Virus record (IMG/VR): IMGVR_UViG_3300014913_000006
Source of the DNA: a virus
Reading direction: 5' to 3' (one strand)
DNA length: 64,000 bases
Part shown: piece after piece, positions 17,391-27,458 of the stretch
Position numbering within the stretch: position 1 is the stretch's first letter
Layout of the letters: each line of letters opens with the position of its first letter
Notes under the pieces: model-generated
What the model was told of the DNA's origin: nothing
Databases searched by the model: none
What the model saw: only the letters and a program-made list of their open reading frames with translations
Translations under genes and position numbers: made by a program

Positions 17391-20141
17391 TTACACCAAA
17401 TAATCCCCTCTATCGCTAGGGTGAATCCATTTTGCACCTTCTGGTACATCCATGATGAATTGTCCGTCAAACGTTTCGCTCGCGTCGGAAGTCATGAGAT
17501 AGAAATATTGCCCTGCATGTCCATCGGGTGTTGGTAGATTGGCGGTAGACCAGCCCCATCTGCCAGTATCACCTATTTGGTAACAACCACTGCTTGCCAA
17601 AACCATCGCTGTGTTTGATCCGTCCGTCACATCCCATACTTGAATATTCACGAAGTTGGCCGCTGTCTCGAACGTACCAATGATCTGCGGATGATGATCT
17701 GATGCCCTTAGAAGCCAATCAATTGGTCGTGCCAAATCGCCAGACTCAGGTGGGGCGGTTGTGATACCACGGATAAAAATGTCTGCATCACCAGATGATG
17801 GTCGTGGGCTGCTCATGAACAGATCGACGTTGTCGGACGCTGCGTAGATACCATGGGTGAACAGGTCGCCAGACGCAACAGAGTCGTTGTCAGCCAGTAC
17901 GAACATGTCGCATGAATCAGATGATACCGCATGTCCCTGGATGTACAACCGTAGATTGTCGTGGCCATAGATGAACAGGTTACACTGCCCTGTTTGGTCT
18001 GTGTGCCCACGAGTAGATAGGTCGCCGGATGCCTCTGTGTTTTCATGTCCATCGATAAACAAATCACCGGAGGCAGCGAATTCTGTGACGAGTTCGACTC
18101 CACAAATGTACAACGGCAGATTCTTGCCACCGGCTATGAAGCAATCACACGTCCCCGTGTCTTCTGCATAGCCTTGTATGAAGAGATTACACGAACCAGA
18201 ATCAGTGCCACCATATTGGTCGTACTGATCCATCGTAGCACCATGATTCTTACCTAGCTCGTATAGCCTGCTGACCTGGAAGTCATCAAATGGGCCAGCC
18301 AGTTCTGTCCAACAAACCACTTCGTCCACAACAAGTGGCGGTGAAAATCCGTTCAAATCTGTCATGTAGACCGAATTGTATCGTTGACCAGACATCGCCG
18401 TAGTCATGGCAGAATCATCTAGTAGATAGGTCAGCGGTTCACCATCGATGCTTCCATAGACATGCCAGTTGCCGCCAGACATTTCAGCATACAGCACCAC
18501 AAAATGCCAGTCTTCGTCGTCTGGCACTGAACCAAACGTGGCATCATCACCTTGAACATCATCAACAGCAAGAGTCGCTTTGCCAGCAGTACCCCACAAT
18601 GTGAATCCGTTGAAATCATTCGGAGATGTGCTGGTCAAACTATTGCCAATGTATAGAACGGAATCTCGGCTGCTAGAAAAGAATCCCTTGGTCCAACAGG
18701 CGACGGCTATGCTAGTAGCATTTTCAAATGAAGGATAACTACCAGCTTGATTGTCGTAAGATATTTCAGCTTCAGTATCGACATCAATAATGGCACCATT
18801 AGCTAATATCCCACCAGAAAATGGGAAATATTGTTCGTCCCAATCAGCTTGTAATGTGTGCTCTGTCACGTCATCAAGGGGGTGATAGAAAACAACACTC
18901 TCGGGATGCTTCATTCCGAACGTATCTCGGGCTTCCAAGAAGAGGTTGCCAGAACCAGAGAATTCCGTTGGTGTTGGAGCACCTCCCTCTCCCAAATCAA
19001 CAATCATCGTGTATCCACTGGCACTATCGAACACGTTGTAGGAGATAGCAATGGCATCATCTGTTAGGGCGGCACACTGGGCACTACCGAGAGTATCATT
19101 GTGTACCTCGTCGTCACAGAAAACCCCCGACTGGGTGTAGGTAATGGCCGTCCCCGAAACTTCCCCGACCATCCACGTTCCCTTGCCTGAATTGCCCTGA
19201 TCGGAGAAGGTGAACACAAATTTGTTGTCGCCAATTCGCTGTTGACTAATATATGGGACACTGTTGCCAGAAGCAAAACCATATCTTTGGCCGAAGGTAA
19301 TCGTTGTTCCACTAACTTCACCAACAACCATATACCCACTCGGAGTACCTTCGTTGGTGCTGTACCCGAGCACAAACTTTTCTGTATTCAACACACATGT
19401 TCGTAGGCCATATGCGTATATTGAAGCGACACCAGGATCATGAAAGGTTGTGGCGATACCAGCGCTCGGCGCTCCAGAATCATTGTAGTCGAGGATGCGA
19501 GCTTTGGCTCGGTATATCCCCCCAGTCAAGTGGCGATAAGTCACAACTGCATGGCCAGCGGCGGGGTTGATGACCTGACATTGATTGTACGTCATATCTG
19601 GCGTACTTTCAGAGACTACTTCGGCTCTAACGGAGATACTTTTGTCTCCAGCGACATCAGCCGAGAAACTTCTCATCCGGTTACCAGACAAATAACGGAA
19701 GTTACATCCGACGTGACCCGAACTCAGAGCAGAAACACTCATCAGGTTTTGATTAGAGCTATCCGACCATTCTGTCGCTGTTCCCCATGAAATGGTTTGT
19801 CCACTGACACTACCGCATTTGTGGATACCCTCAGCGGTAGATACTTCTACACCGTCCACGTCTTTAGAATAGACATAGATGCGATCGGCGTCACCGGAAG
19901 GCCACAACTCTCCACTCGGGAGAGCATCCATATCCAGCCACCAACCAGCACCGTCGAAAACATTATAGCCAGACCCAACAGATACCTCAGTTCCGATGCG
20001 ATCACAAATCACAACACGGCATCTGTCGGTACCAGTGGTGGTTCTGTATCCAATGGCATATTTGTCATCGGTCAACCGGCACATAGCGCCATTGTTGTGA
20101 CGACCATCATTGAACAGGACCGGTGTTCCGCTGGTAGCCAT
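17391..20141 (-). CDS. Large fibre/decoration protein: propeller, LamG-like domain, stalk repeats, shared C-terminal module
   Basis: YHPLD...DWHFVVL...VDEV LamG-like domain; ~12 stalk repeats. Confidence 0.65.
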   Translation of the reverse strand: MATSGTPVLFNDGRHNNGAMCRLTDDKYAIGYRTTTGTDRCRVVICDRIGTEVSVGSGYNVFDGAGWWLDMDALPSGELWPSGDADRIYVYSKDVDGVEVSTAEGIHKCGSVSGQTISWGTATEWSDSSNQNLMSVSALSSGHVGCNFRYLSGNRMRSFSADVAGDKSISVRAEVVSESTPDMTYNQCQVINPAAGHAVVTYRHLTGGIYRAKARILDYNDSGAPSAGIATTFHDPGVASIYAYGLRTCVLNTEKFVLGYSTNEGTPSGYMVVGEVSGTTITFGQRYGFASGNSVPYISQQRIGDNKFVFTFSDQGNSGKGTWMVGEVSGTAITYTQSGVFCDDEVHNDTLGSAQCAALTDDAIAISYNVFDSASGYTMIVDLGEGGAPTPTEFSGSGNLFLEARDTFGMKHPESVVFYHPLDDVTEHTLQADWDEQYFPFSGGILANGAIIDVDTEAEISYDNQAGSYPSFENATSIAVACWTKGFFSSSRDSVLYIGNSLTSTSPNDFNGFTLWGTAGKATLAVDDVQGDDATFGSVPDDEDWHFVVLYAEMSGGNWHVYGSIDGEPLTYLLDDSAMTTAMSGQRYNSVYMTDLNGFSPPLVVDEVVCWTELAGPFDDFQVSRLYELGKNHGATMDQYDQYGGTDSGSCNLFIQGYAEDTGTCDCFIAGGKNLPLYICGVELVTEFAASGDLFIDGHENTEASGDLSTRGHTDQTGQCNLFIYGHDNLRLYIQGHAVSSDSCDMFVLADNDSVASGDLFTHGIYAASDNVDLFMSSPRPSSGDADIFIRGITTAPPESGDLARPIDWLLRASDHHPQIIGTFETAANFVNIQVWDVTDGSNTAMVLASSGCYQIGDTGRWGWSTANLPTPDGHAGQYFYLMTSDASETFDGQFIMDVPEGAKWIHPSDRGDYLV

Positions 20142-20599
20142 TAGCCCTCTATCTCCTTACGAAGAGCGTCTATGCCGACAGTATCTTTAGCCACATCCAC
20201 GGTTGGATCGCCGATTAGATTCATACCCTCGTTCAGTGTTTCGGCAGAATGGTTCTTCATAGTCACACCCTGTTCAGCAAAGTGAATAAAGCACGCCATA
20301 CTAATATGTCCACCACCCCACTCAATGAGACCGCAATCGTTGGTGTCAGCAATTTCAACAGTCTCAGCACAAACACTTGGTTCATCTGGGCAAAGAATCT
20401 TATTCTTCTCGGCCAAAAGACGAGCCATTTCCGCTTTTGTTCTGTCTGTCAATTCTTTGGAAACTATCTGACTGGCTGACAAGTCATTGAATGCGTCTAG
20501 AAGTTCCCCGCATAGAGTACCTTGTAGGTACCCTTCATACGTCCACTTTTCGGTGTAACCGAGGTCGCTAGCTTGAGTTTCGAAGTCTTGTTGTTCCAT
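20141..20599 (-). CDS. Hypothetical protein
   Basis: RBS; coupled to the downstream gene. Confidence 0.6.
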   Translation of the reverse strand: MEQQDFETQASDLGYTEKWTYEGYLQGTLCGELLDAFNDLSASQIVSKELTDRTKAEMARLLAEKNKILCPDEPSVCAETVEIADTNDCGLIEWGGGHISMACFIHFAEQGVTMKNHSAETLNEGMNLIGDPTVDVAKDTVGIDALRKEIEG

Positions 20600-20644
20600 A
20601 TTCGCCTACCTCTCACGCGGATGGACGGGGAAAACAACCAATGT

Positions 20645-20950
20645 CTACTCGCCATCTGGTTCGACCACCACCGCACATGGTGCATCGATGCGAAAACGAT
20701 CCCCCTCAATTCCAATCGGCATCGCCGAGAGAATCCAGCCAATAGATGCAAACGGAACGGTCATTGATAGCTCTTGATCCTTACTATTTGTCCAGACAAA
20801 GATGTGATCTTGATCTCGTGTCCAGGTGCGAAAACTCTGAACCGCATCCGTCATAATCTGAGATGGAACAGGATGGTTTTCGTTCACCTTAATCTTTATA
20901 TTGGTGCCAGAAGCTCCAATTTGTGCCACAGTAATGATCGTTGCTGCCAT
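20645..20950 (-). CDS. Hypothetical protein
   Basis: RBS; lies within the structural operon. Confidence 0.6.
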   Translation of the reverse strand: MAATIITVAQIGASGTNIKIKVNENHPVPSQIMTDAVQSFRTWTRDQDHIFVWTNSKDQELSMTVPFASIGWILSAMPIGIEGDRFRIDAPCAVVVEPDGE

Positions 20951-20965
20951 TTCTCTTACCCCCTT

Positions 20966-21514
20966 CTAAGAACGGTCTCTTCGACCTGTTTCGCCCGTGG
21001 CAAACTGATCGTAATACCACGAGATAGTGTCCAACGCATTGCCTCCCGGTGTCCTATACGGACCCAGAACAGCCTTACCAACCCCAGCACCGCCTTCGGC
21101 AGCGCCAGACGCCAACAGGGACCACTTCAGCTTCTCATACGCTGCACACGGCCCCATCTCCAGAATGTCACGGTAGCCCCTGAAACTGACACTCGTGTCA
21201 ATCGCACTGTCTCCGTCCCGCACCTTGATCCCCTGCCCCAACGCCTGCTTGAACTCACCCTGCGTCAAAATACACGCAGCCTTCAGTGGCACTAGGGCCA
21301 TGAAGATGTTGTCCGAGCTTGTCACGGGGTCGGGAGCAATCGTCAGGACACTGATATCGTAGGCGTAGTCATAGCTGAACGGGAACTCGGCGTCAACCAT
21401 GATCCCAGCGGTAATCAGCACCCGCTCAAGATACTCATCGGTGTAGGTCTGTGGCAACGAGATGTCGCTCACCAGAACCCTCACCATCAAAACCAAATCA
21501 GTGTCCCAAGCCAT
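20966..21514 (-). CDS. Probable head-tail adaptor
   Basis: VRVLVSD....YTDEYL...LKAAC pattern typical of gp6/gp15-like connectors; AGGAGG RBS. Confidence 0.6.
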   Translation of the reverse strand: MAWDTDLVLMVRVLVSDISLPQTYTDEYLERVLITAGIMVDAEFPFSYDYAYDISVLTIAPDPVTSSDNIFMALVPLKAACILTQGEFKQALGQGIKVRDGDSAIDTSVSFRGYRDILEMGPCAAYEKLKWSLLASGAAEGGAGVGKAVLGPYRTPGGNALDTISWYYDQFATGETGRRDRS

Positions 21515-21523
21515 TTTTTCCTC

Positions 21524-22082
21524 CTAATCGGGGGACGACCATCGTCCACGTTCCGGTACAACAATGAAGAACTCACCGTAATCATATTCACCTTCATTTG
21601 AAGTCATCCCGACTTCCACTGATATGTACGGTAGCTATGTCAGACGAGAGATTGGATCGCCACATGGTGTAGGTCATATCGCCGGCACTATCGTAGGCGC
21701 CAAGCGTCATGTTGCCAGCATCGTCGTCTACAGTTACAACCCTACCAAGCACCTTGCCGTTGGTGGATGCAAAAACAGTAATGAAACGGTTGTCATCACC
21801 AGATATCGGCAAATATTCCAATACCATTTGTCCATTGTGATTCAAGTCTGTATGTTCGTTTGCAACGGCAGCAACCGTTGGTCCACCAAGCGTAGCAGAA
21901 CCAATACCACTACTGATAATGGCATTATCAAAACCAGCAGAACCAAGCCATGCGTCACTCTGGACACCTTCGTCATAATTGTCAAGTGGATGATAGTAAA
22001 TTACGTCACCAGAACGCAAGAATCCACTAGCCGCCATGGTCCCGGCAATGAATATATTTCCACTTCCAAAAAACGAAGCCAT
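21524..22082 (-). pseudogene. Fibre paralog with an out-of-frame internal deletion
   Basis: N-terminal stalk repeat plus YHPLD domain start; stops at 21594. A shifted frame from ~21607 encodes MTSNEGEYDYGEFFIVVPERGRWSSPD*, the family C-terminus. Confidence 0.75.
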
Positions 22083-22094
22083 GGCTCTTTCCCC

Positions 22095-22442
22095 TTAGTT
22101 CCGTATGATGTACGAGTCTTTGTCATTCAACGACGGCATACCACCATCGCGGTTTTCATGAGAGATGAGGGCAAAGTCTCCCTCATCGGTGTTGGTCCCA
22201 TCCGACATGCGCCAGTGGAATTGCTGTCGACTGGCTGTCAGCGTTGGGATACCACTCGTAGACCAACTGTACCGCCCGGTAGTGTTGATCTCAGTGCAAC
22301 CACTCGCTGTAACTGCAACCCCAGAACCATCTTCCCACAATTCGATATTGACGGTTTGACCCGTCACCAGTTCGCCCACTATGGCAGGTGGCGAATCTGG
22401 AAAGAAATCAAATTCAGCAATTGTTTGACCTATCAGAGCCAT
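22095..22442 (-). CDS. Stand-alone copy of the shared fibre C-terminal module
   Basis: VNIELWE...SGCTEINTTGRYSWST...WRMSDG aligns with the C-termini of 15552 and 17391. Confidence 0.7.
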   Translation of the reverse strand: MALIGQTIAEFDFFPDSPPAIVGELVTGQTVNIELWEDGSGVAVTASGCTEINTTGRYSWSTSGIPTLTASRQQFHWRMSDGTNTDEGDFALISHENRDGGMPSLNDKDSYIIRN

Positions 22443-22453
22443 TTCGTTCCCCC

Positions 22454-23374
22454 TTACTTTATTCGCTTATCCCAGTTACCAGAATGCCACATTGTGGACA
22501 TCGCCTGATGACCACCAATGGTTGACAACAACAACGGCCTATTTGGTATACCATATTGATCGTTATAGGCATCCAATGGCCGACCGTAACCACTACCCAA
22601 ATCGTATATCTTTGTCAAGACCCCAGACGGGAAAGATGTATCGCCCCAAAAGCCAACCTCATCAACGGCTGGACAAAATCCAGACCCCTCTACTGTTGGC
22701 CGCACGTATATCTGCGGATACAGATTCGTCGTAATTACAGGACATCCAGTTGGGGCCATTGATCCTGAATACACGATCGGATACAATGGTAGCCACTCTC
22801 CACCATCATAATTAACTTGACACTGCCAATGGCCAGAAGCATTACCGCTTTCAACATGATGCGATACAGCAATAGAAGAAAGATGCCAATCATTCAAATC
22901 GCCCTCGCCAGACGGCAAAGGAAAGTCAGAAGCATCGCCAAACACATCAGAGCCACTACTCCAAACAGCTTCCACTTGTCCAGAAACCAATAGCCTAACT
23001 TCATCATTACCAAACAGAATACCATTCTGCTCGTCACCAGAAGCGTCTGACAGGCCAACCCATCCACTAACCCCACCAGCATCTACACCATAGAAGCCAC
23101 TGGTCCAAAATACTGTGGACAGACACAATACACTATCTGCCCCTGGAGAAATCGCTCCGCTCGCCCGAATGTGATCGCCCAAACTGCTCCCATAAATACC
23201 ACTGCCAACAACCCCATCACCAAAGGACATTCCGTAATTGACCCAACTGTCACCAGTTGTATGTTCTTCTAGATCGTCAACCGGATGATAGAAAAGTACG
23301 AACTCTTCTCCTGGCAATCCACTTGGGACTACGTCGCGTAACCAATAACTAGGACATGTGCTGATAAAACTCAT
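22454..23374 (-). CDS. LamG-like virion protein
   Basis: VLFYHPVDDLEEHT...DWHL...VDEVGFW...IYDLG aligns with the domain in 17391. Confidence 0.65.
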   Translation of the reverse strand: MSFISTCPSYWLRDVVPSGLPGEEFVLFYHPVDDLEEHTTGDSWVNYGMSFGDGVVGSGIYGSSLGDHIRASGAISPGADSVLCLSTVFWTSGFYGVDAGGVSGWVGLSDASGDEQNGILFGNDEVRLLVSGQVEAVWSSGSDVFGDASDFPLPSGEGDLNDWHLSSIAVSHHVESGNASGHWQCQVNYDGGEWLPLYPIVYSGSMAPTGCPVITTNLYPQIYVRPTVEGSGFCPAVDEVGFWGDTSFPSGVLTKIYDLGSGYGRPLDAYNDQYGIPNRPLLLSTIGGHQAMSTMWHSGNWDKRIK

Positions 23375-23377
23375 AAC

Positions 23378-24529
23378 CTACCCACCTACAGGTGTCTCGT
23401 TCTCCAGGCCACGACGGTAAAGTGCCTGCGTTTCTGCATGATTGAACAAACCATTCCCAAGCGAATGTTGGTGGCCCCATTTCTGCATGACCCAATCATT
23501 TGTACGACCAGACCATAATGCAACCTGTCTGATAGATGGTGGTGTCTTAGACTCATCCGCATTCCACAAATGAATTTGAAGATATGATCCTATAGTTTGT
23601 GGAGTAAAACGACCGCAAAATGCCTCGACTCTTCTCATTGGACCACCATCAATGCTATAAGCAATCCAACATCTGCCAGACAATTTTTCTTCATCAATGC
23701 AAGACTGGTCAAAATAGGCATCAAGAATTACAAAATGCCAACACTTCCCATCCTGAGCATCATTCAATACCGTGTGTATATCAGATAATCCTGTAGGACT
23801 ATGAACCCATCCGAAGCCATCAGAACCGTTGACGGAACCATGGATGCACCACTGATTCTCACCCCATGTCATACCAAGACCATCGGTAAGCCCCAGACCA
23901 GAACCACCACCCCATCCAATAGCAATCGCCGAACCAGGATTTCCAAAAAAATCCTTAATCCAAAATGCAGTAGTGTAATGCACGCGACCATAACCTGGAC
24001 ACCATCGGCTATTCCATCGATCAGACGAACCACCCATCTCGTAGTATCGGCTTCCATAAGTCTGCAAACAAATCCCAGAAGCCGATCGAACATCTCCCAG
24101 TTCTTCTTCTGGAGAACCTCTATCTATAAAGTCCGCAGCGTATGCTACAAGTTCTGGCCCCGTAATGCTAAAATCTCCGTTCGAATCAGCGGGATGAGTT
24201 ATCTGTCCATCATGAATCCCTTGTGCTCCACCATCATACAACCTGTCTCTTTCGCCCGCCCCTGGCGGATCATAGTATTGCAAACCGGTCCACATTTCAT
24301 GAGTACCTCGAAGTGCGTATAGTCCGATGAACCGAGGAAACGACGGAGACTGTGGAACAGAGTTTACGCCATCTAGCTGCGCACCGCCAGTAAGGGTCCA
24401 CTCGGCACCATGTAATCCTTCTTCCGTAGTAACAGGGAACGGTCCTAGAGTTTCATGGTCCCAAAACAGCGGGACACCATTGAGCTTCTGGTAGAAAGCT
24501 AAAAAATGTTGTTCCCACAATTGACTCAT
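23378..24529 (-). CDS. LamG-like virion protein
   Basis: TAFWIK...WHFVIL...YSIDG...VALW...QALY. Confidence 0.6.
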   Translation of the reverse strand: MSQLWEQHFLAFYQKLNGVPLFWDHETLGPFPVTTEEGLHGAEWTLTGGAQLDGVNSVPQSPSFPRFIGLYALRGTHEMWTGLQYYDPPGAGERDRLYDGGAQGIHDGQITHPADSNGDFSITGPELVAYAADFIDRGSPEEELGDVRSASGICLQTYGSRYYEMGGSSDRWNSRWCPGYGRVHYTTAFWIKDFFGNPGSAIAIGWGGGSGLGLTDGLGMTWGENQWCIHGSVNGSDGFGWVHSPTGLSDIHTVLNDAQDGKCWHFVILDAYFDQSCIDEEKLSGRCWIAYSIDGGPMRRVEAFCGRFTPQTIGSYLQIHLWNADESKTPPSIRQVALWSGRTNDWVMQKWGHQHSLGNGLFNHAETQALYRRGLENETPVGG

Positions 24530-24915
24530 TATTCACCCACCATTTCCATCAAGCGATCTAGGACATCCGGTACCATGAAATGTCGTCTAAACTCTTTATC
24601 ACTGTAACGAATCCGACAGGCTACGCCGCGAGGCCGCAAAGGGAACTTGACGGTGTGTAATCGTTTCATGACAGTTGAAGGGTCAACCCCCAAAAGCCTC
24701 CCGATCTGAGAAGCGGAGAGACCCAGGTTGTAAAGTGATATGAAAATAGAGTCGGGGAAAATCTGGTTTGCTTCCGACCGACTCCGTATGGCAACCCCGA
24801 GCGATTTAAGCCGATTATACATGGCTGTTTCGCTGCATCCGTCAAGGCGGGCAACATCTGCGCAACTTTTCCCCTGATTGTATAATTGTGTAACTTGTGT
24901 GTCAGGCAGAGACAT
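24529..24915 (-). CDS. Tandem HTH DNA-binding protein
   Basis: Two LY..G.S...(V/I)..L.G.....V..RL repeats. Confidence 0.7.
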   Translation of the reverse strand: MSLPDTQVTQLYNQGKSCADVARLDGCSETAMYNRLKSLGVAIRSRSEANQIFPDSIFISLYNLGLSASQIGRLLGVDPSTVMKRLHTVKFPLRPRGVACRIRYSDKEFRRHFMVPDVLDRLMEMVGE

Positions 24916-24953
24916 AGCACCCCCAGGAAAAAAGACCTTTCATCAGCTACTAG

Positions 24954-25007
24954 ATTATACACCAGAATGTAAAATAAAAGGCTGGGAACCACAATGTGCC
25001 CCAGCCT
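24954..25007 (-). terminator. Intrinsic terminator immediately followed by class B promoter GGTGTATAAT (24954-24963)
   Basis: AGGCTGGGGCAC-ATT-GTGGTTCCCAGCCT-TTTATTTT, then TGGTGTATAAT. Confidence 0.7.
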
Positions 25008-25039
25008 AGCTGAATATTGTTCTGTAAACGACGTGTTGG

Positions 25040-26290
25040 TTATTTAAGGATATTCCGTATAGTGGTATCGCTGACCTCGTACATTCTAGACAGTTCGGAA
25101 ACGGTCACCCCAACAGTAGCCAACCTTCGTACCCTATCCCTTTCTTGTCTAGCCTTACTCTCAACAGATTTCTTCCGGTTGCCTGGCGTAACGTTATTCT
25201 CTCGCAGGATTTTGTATAAAGTGCTACTGGCAATTCCATATCTATCGCATATTACCCTAATTGTTTCTCCACGTATATATGCCCCCAAAACACCGGACTT
25301 AGTTTCCTCGGGAATTTCAAATCTCTCTTTGTTGTAGAAGCTCGTGCTCCTCCTAGCTTGACCTATTGCCAGAAACCTAGCACGGACAAAGGACAACGAT
25401 TTACCGAAATGCTTGGAAATGCGTTGACATGACCACCCCCGATCGTGTAGGGCTAATAATTCCTCATCCCTAATCCCGTTATGCATATGTAACCTCTTGT
25501 GTATGTCTGCTGTTACGGTCATCCCGTTGTCAATGTCCCAAAACTGCTCGAACGATTGCGACAGTTCGAACAATTGATCACAATCAACTATAGGATTAAG
25601 TTCCGAATATCCCTTTAAGAATGTGTTGAAAATCTTGGAAAAACCAGCAGGATAATGGTGTACTTCCAGCCTTCCAGTATCTCCGGTAACCCTACACTTA
25701 TAATCGTCTCTCTCCATACACGCCCTGCGCCAATATTCAGCCTTCTCACAATGGCGAATTCTCTCGTGCAACCTAGTAATACCACCCTTATATGATTTAA
25801 CCCTTGCACCCTTATGCTCCGGGGCGATGCCATTTTTCTTCAGGATGTCGGCTATCGTAGTTTTATGCACCCTATAATCCCTAGCAATATCTGCACAACT
25901 CTCGTTTTTATTAGCCTGGTAGCGGTCGCAAATGACTTGATGATCTGATACAGGAATCTTACGGACAGCCTTGGCTACTTCAGTTTTTCTGTCTCGCATT
26001 TGAACACCATTCTTAGACAATCTTCCCCACACCGATGGCGAACTCATTCCGTGTTTTTGGGCGATATCGGAAATAGACATTTCCAAGTCTTCGTATTCGT
26101 GTCGTATCGTTTCAAAATCGATTTTTTGATGAGATTCCCCACACGACCTAATAATCACTCCAGCTTCTCTTAGACGAGTTATTAGTGTTTGAACTGAACA
26201 CCCTACTGCTTTAGACACTTCTGGAGTTCCTTTGCTTTCGTCCCTATAAAGTCTGATAGCCTTTTCTATGTCAATTTGCTTCTTCGCCAT
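25040..26290 (-). CDS. Multi-HTH HNH homing endonuclease
   Basis: Several HTH repeats flanking WRRACMERDDYKC...LEVHH...NGMT...HKRLH. Confidence 0.75.
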   Translation of the reverse strand: MAKKQIDIEKAIRLYRDESKGTPEVSKAVGCSVQTLITRLREAGVIIRSCGESHQKIDFETIRHEYEDLEMSISDIAQKHGMSSPSVWGRLSKNGVQMRDRKTEVAKAVRKIPVSDHQVICDRYQANKNESCADIARDYRVHKTTIADILKKNGIAPEHKGARVKSYKGGITRLHERIRHCEKAEYWRRACMERDDYKCRVTGDTGRLEVHHYPAGFSKIFNTFLKGYSELNPIVDCDQLFELSQSFEQFWDIDNGMTVTADIHKRLHMHNGIRDEELLALHDRGWSCQRISKHFGKSLSFVRARFLAIGQARRSTSFYNKERFEIPEETKSGVLGAYIRGETIRVICDRYGIASSTLYKILRENNVTPGNRKKSVESKARQERDRVRRLATVGVTVSELSRMYEVSDTTIRNILK

Positions 26291-26310
26291 GGTTCGTCTC
26301 CTTCTATTTT

Positions 26311-26339
26311 ATTATACGTCGCAAAGGATGTTTTGTTTC
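26311..26339 (-). promoter_or_regulatory. Class A promoter GAAAC-N18-TATAAT
   Basis: GAAAC AAAACATCCTTTGCGACG TATAAT. Confidence 0.7.
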
Positions 26340-26367
26340 ATGGAAAAAATAATTTTCTTTAGTCCAA

Positions 26368-26404
26368 GAAAAACAGGGCTGACAAATTGCCAACCCTGAT
26401 TTTG
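26368..26404 (-). terminator. Intrinsic terminator after the major capsid gene
   Basis: CAGGGTTGGCAA-T-TTGTCAGCCCTG-TTTTT. Confidence 0.75.
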
Positions 26405-26418
26405 TTATTAGAAACTTC

Positions 26419-27444
26419 CTAAAAGCTCGCCAAAAGTACGCGGCGGCCATCTAACGCAGCAAAACCATGTTCTTGCCACCCGTAAAAACCGGCTTTCTGC
26501 CGCCTGTGGAGCATGTCATCTTCGAAGATGGCAAGTTCCCGCTTGACCGGCATCACAAACGAGTCGCCGTGCGACAGATCGAGACCCACGACGATTTCCT
26601 CGTCGCTCGCGCCCATGCTGACACCCAGCGTTGCGAAGTACGTCTGGAACTCCTGGCCCACGCCAAGCTCGTCCAGCGGATGCAGATTGACGCCGTAGAT
26701 GCGAGCCATCGGGCCACCATCGTCACCAGCGGTGAAGATTTCCCGACGAGTCAGGTCGTCAACCTCATCACTATCCCACTCACGAATGTCTTCGAGAGCC
26801 TCTGGACTGATGAACAGGTCAGTCAGACGACCGCGATTGGCCGTTGCACTGTTGCCACCAGCAAGACGAGCCATAGTCGTCTTCATCAGAGACACGAGAC
26901 GCTTTGTGAACTGACCAGCAGTTGCAGCACTGTCGTACACCAGCGGAGCCCCGCCAGAGTAGTCGGTACGCCCTGCACCAGCCGCGATGATGACACGCCA
27001 ACCGTCCGTGTTCATCTTCTTCACGAAACCGGCCTCAAGCACTTCCATCGCACGAGCAACAATGTTCCAACGTGCAGATGTAGCATACTTCAGCGGCCAG
27101 TCGATCGCGTTACCCACGTCGTAGGTGTTGATCGTCACTGCGTCACCTGTGATGGTACGCTGTGGCAAAGCACCCTCGGATGGGATCATATACGCCACAT
27201 AGTCATTTTCCTGTGCAGTCTGGTAGAAATCCAGCGGATACTCGGCAGTTGCACTTGGGTCCAGAACTTCAGGTGCGAAGATTCCGCCCAAGATGTCGCC
27301 GTCAAGCAGCGCTGAACGTAGAGGAACTTGTAGAGCCTGAGCGAGAGAATGCATCGCCTCCAGGGCCTCGGTCTTGTTTGCCGACCCAGTGCGCCGTAGA
27401 AGTTCAACCTGCTCAGGTGTTGGTTTTCTGATATTACGCTTCAT
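26419..27444 (-). CDS. Major capsid protein (HK97 fold, probable)
   Basis: 341 aa after the protease/scaffold and decoration genes; ARWNIVARA and GFYGWQEHGFAALD C-terminal pattern; strongly biased codons. Confidence 0.8.
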   Translation of the reverse strand: MKRNIRKPTPEQVELLRRTGSANKTEALEAMHSLAQALQVPLRSALLDGDILGGIFAPEVLDPSATAEYPLDFYQTAQENDYVAYMIPSEGALPQRTITGDAVTINTYDVGNAIDWPLKYATSARWNIVARAMEVLEAGFVKKMNTDGWRVIIAAGAGRTDYSGGAPLVYDSAATAGQFTKRLVSLMKTTMARLAGGNSATANRGRLTDLFISPEALEDIREWDSDEVDDLTRREIFTAGDDGGPMARIYGVNLHPLDELGVGQEFQTYFATLGVSMGASDEEIVVGLDLSHGDSFVMPVKRELAIFEDDMLHRRQKAGFYGWQEHGFAALDGRRVLLASF

Positions 27445-27458
27445 TCTTCTTCACCCCC

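Noticed and set aside
13769-24529. Diversity-generating retroelement acting on the fibre genes
   Set aside because: No reverse transcriptase is present, and no near-identical TR/VR pair with adenine-specific differences was seen.
26467-27315. 282-aa plus-strand ORF
   Set aside because: It is a shadow of the codon-biased capsid gene.
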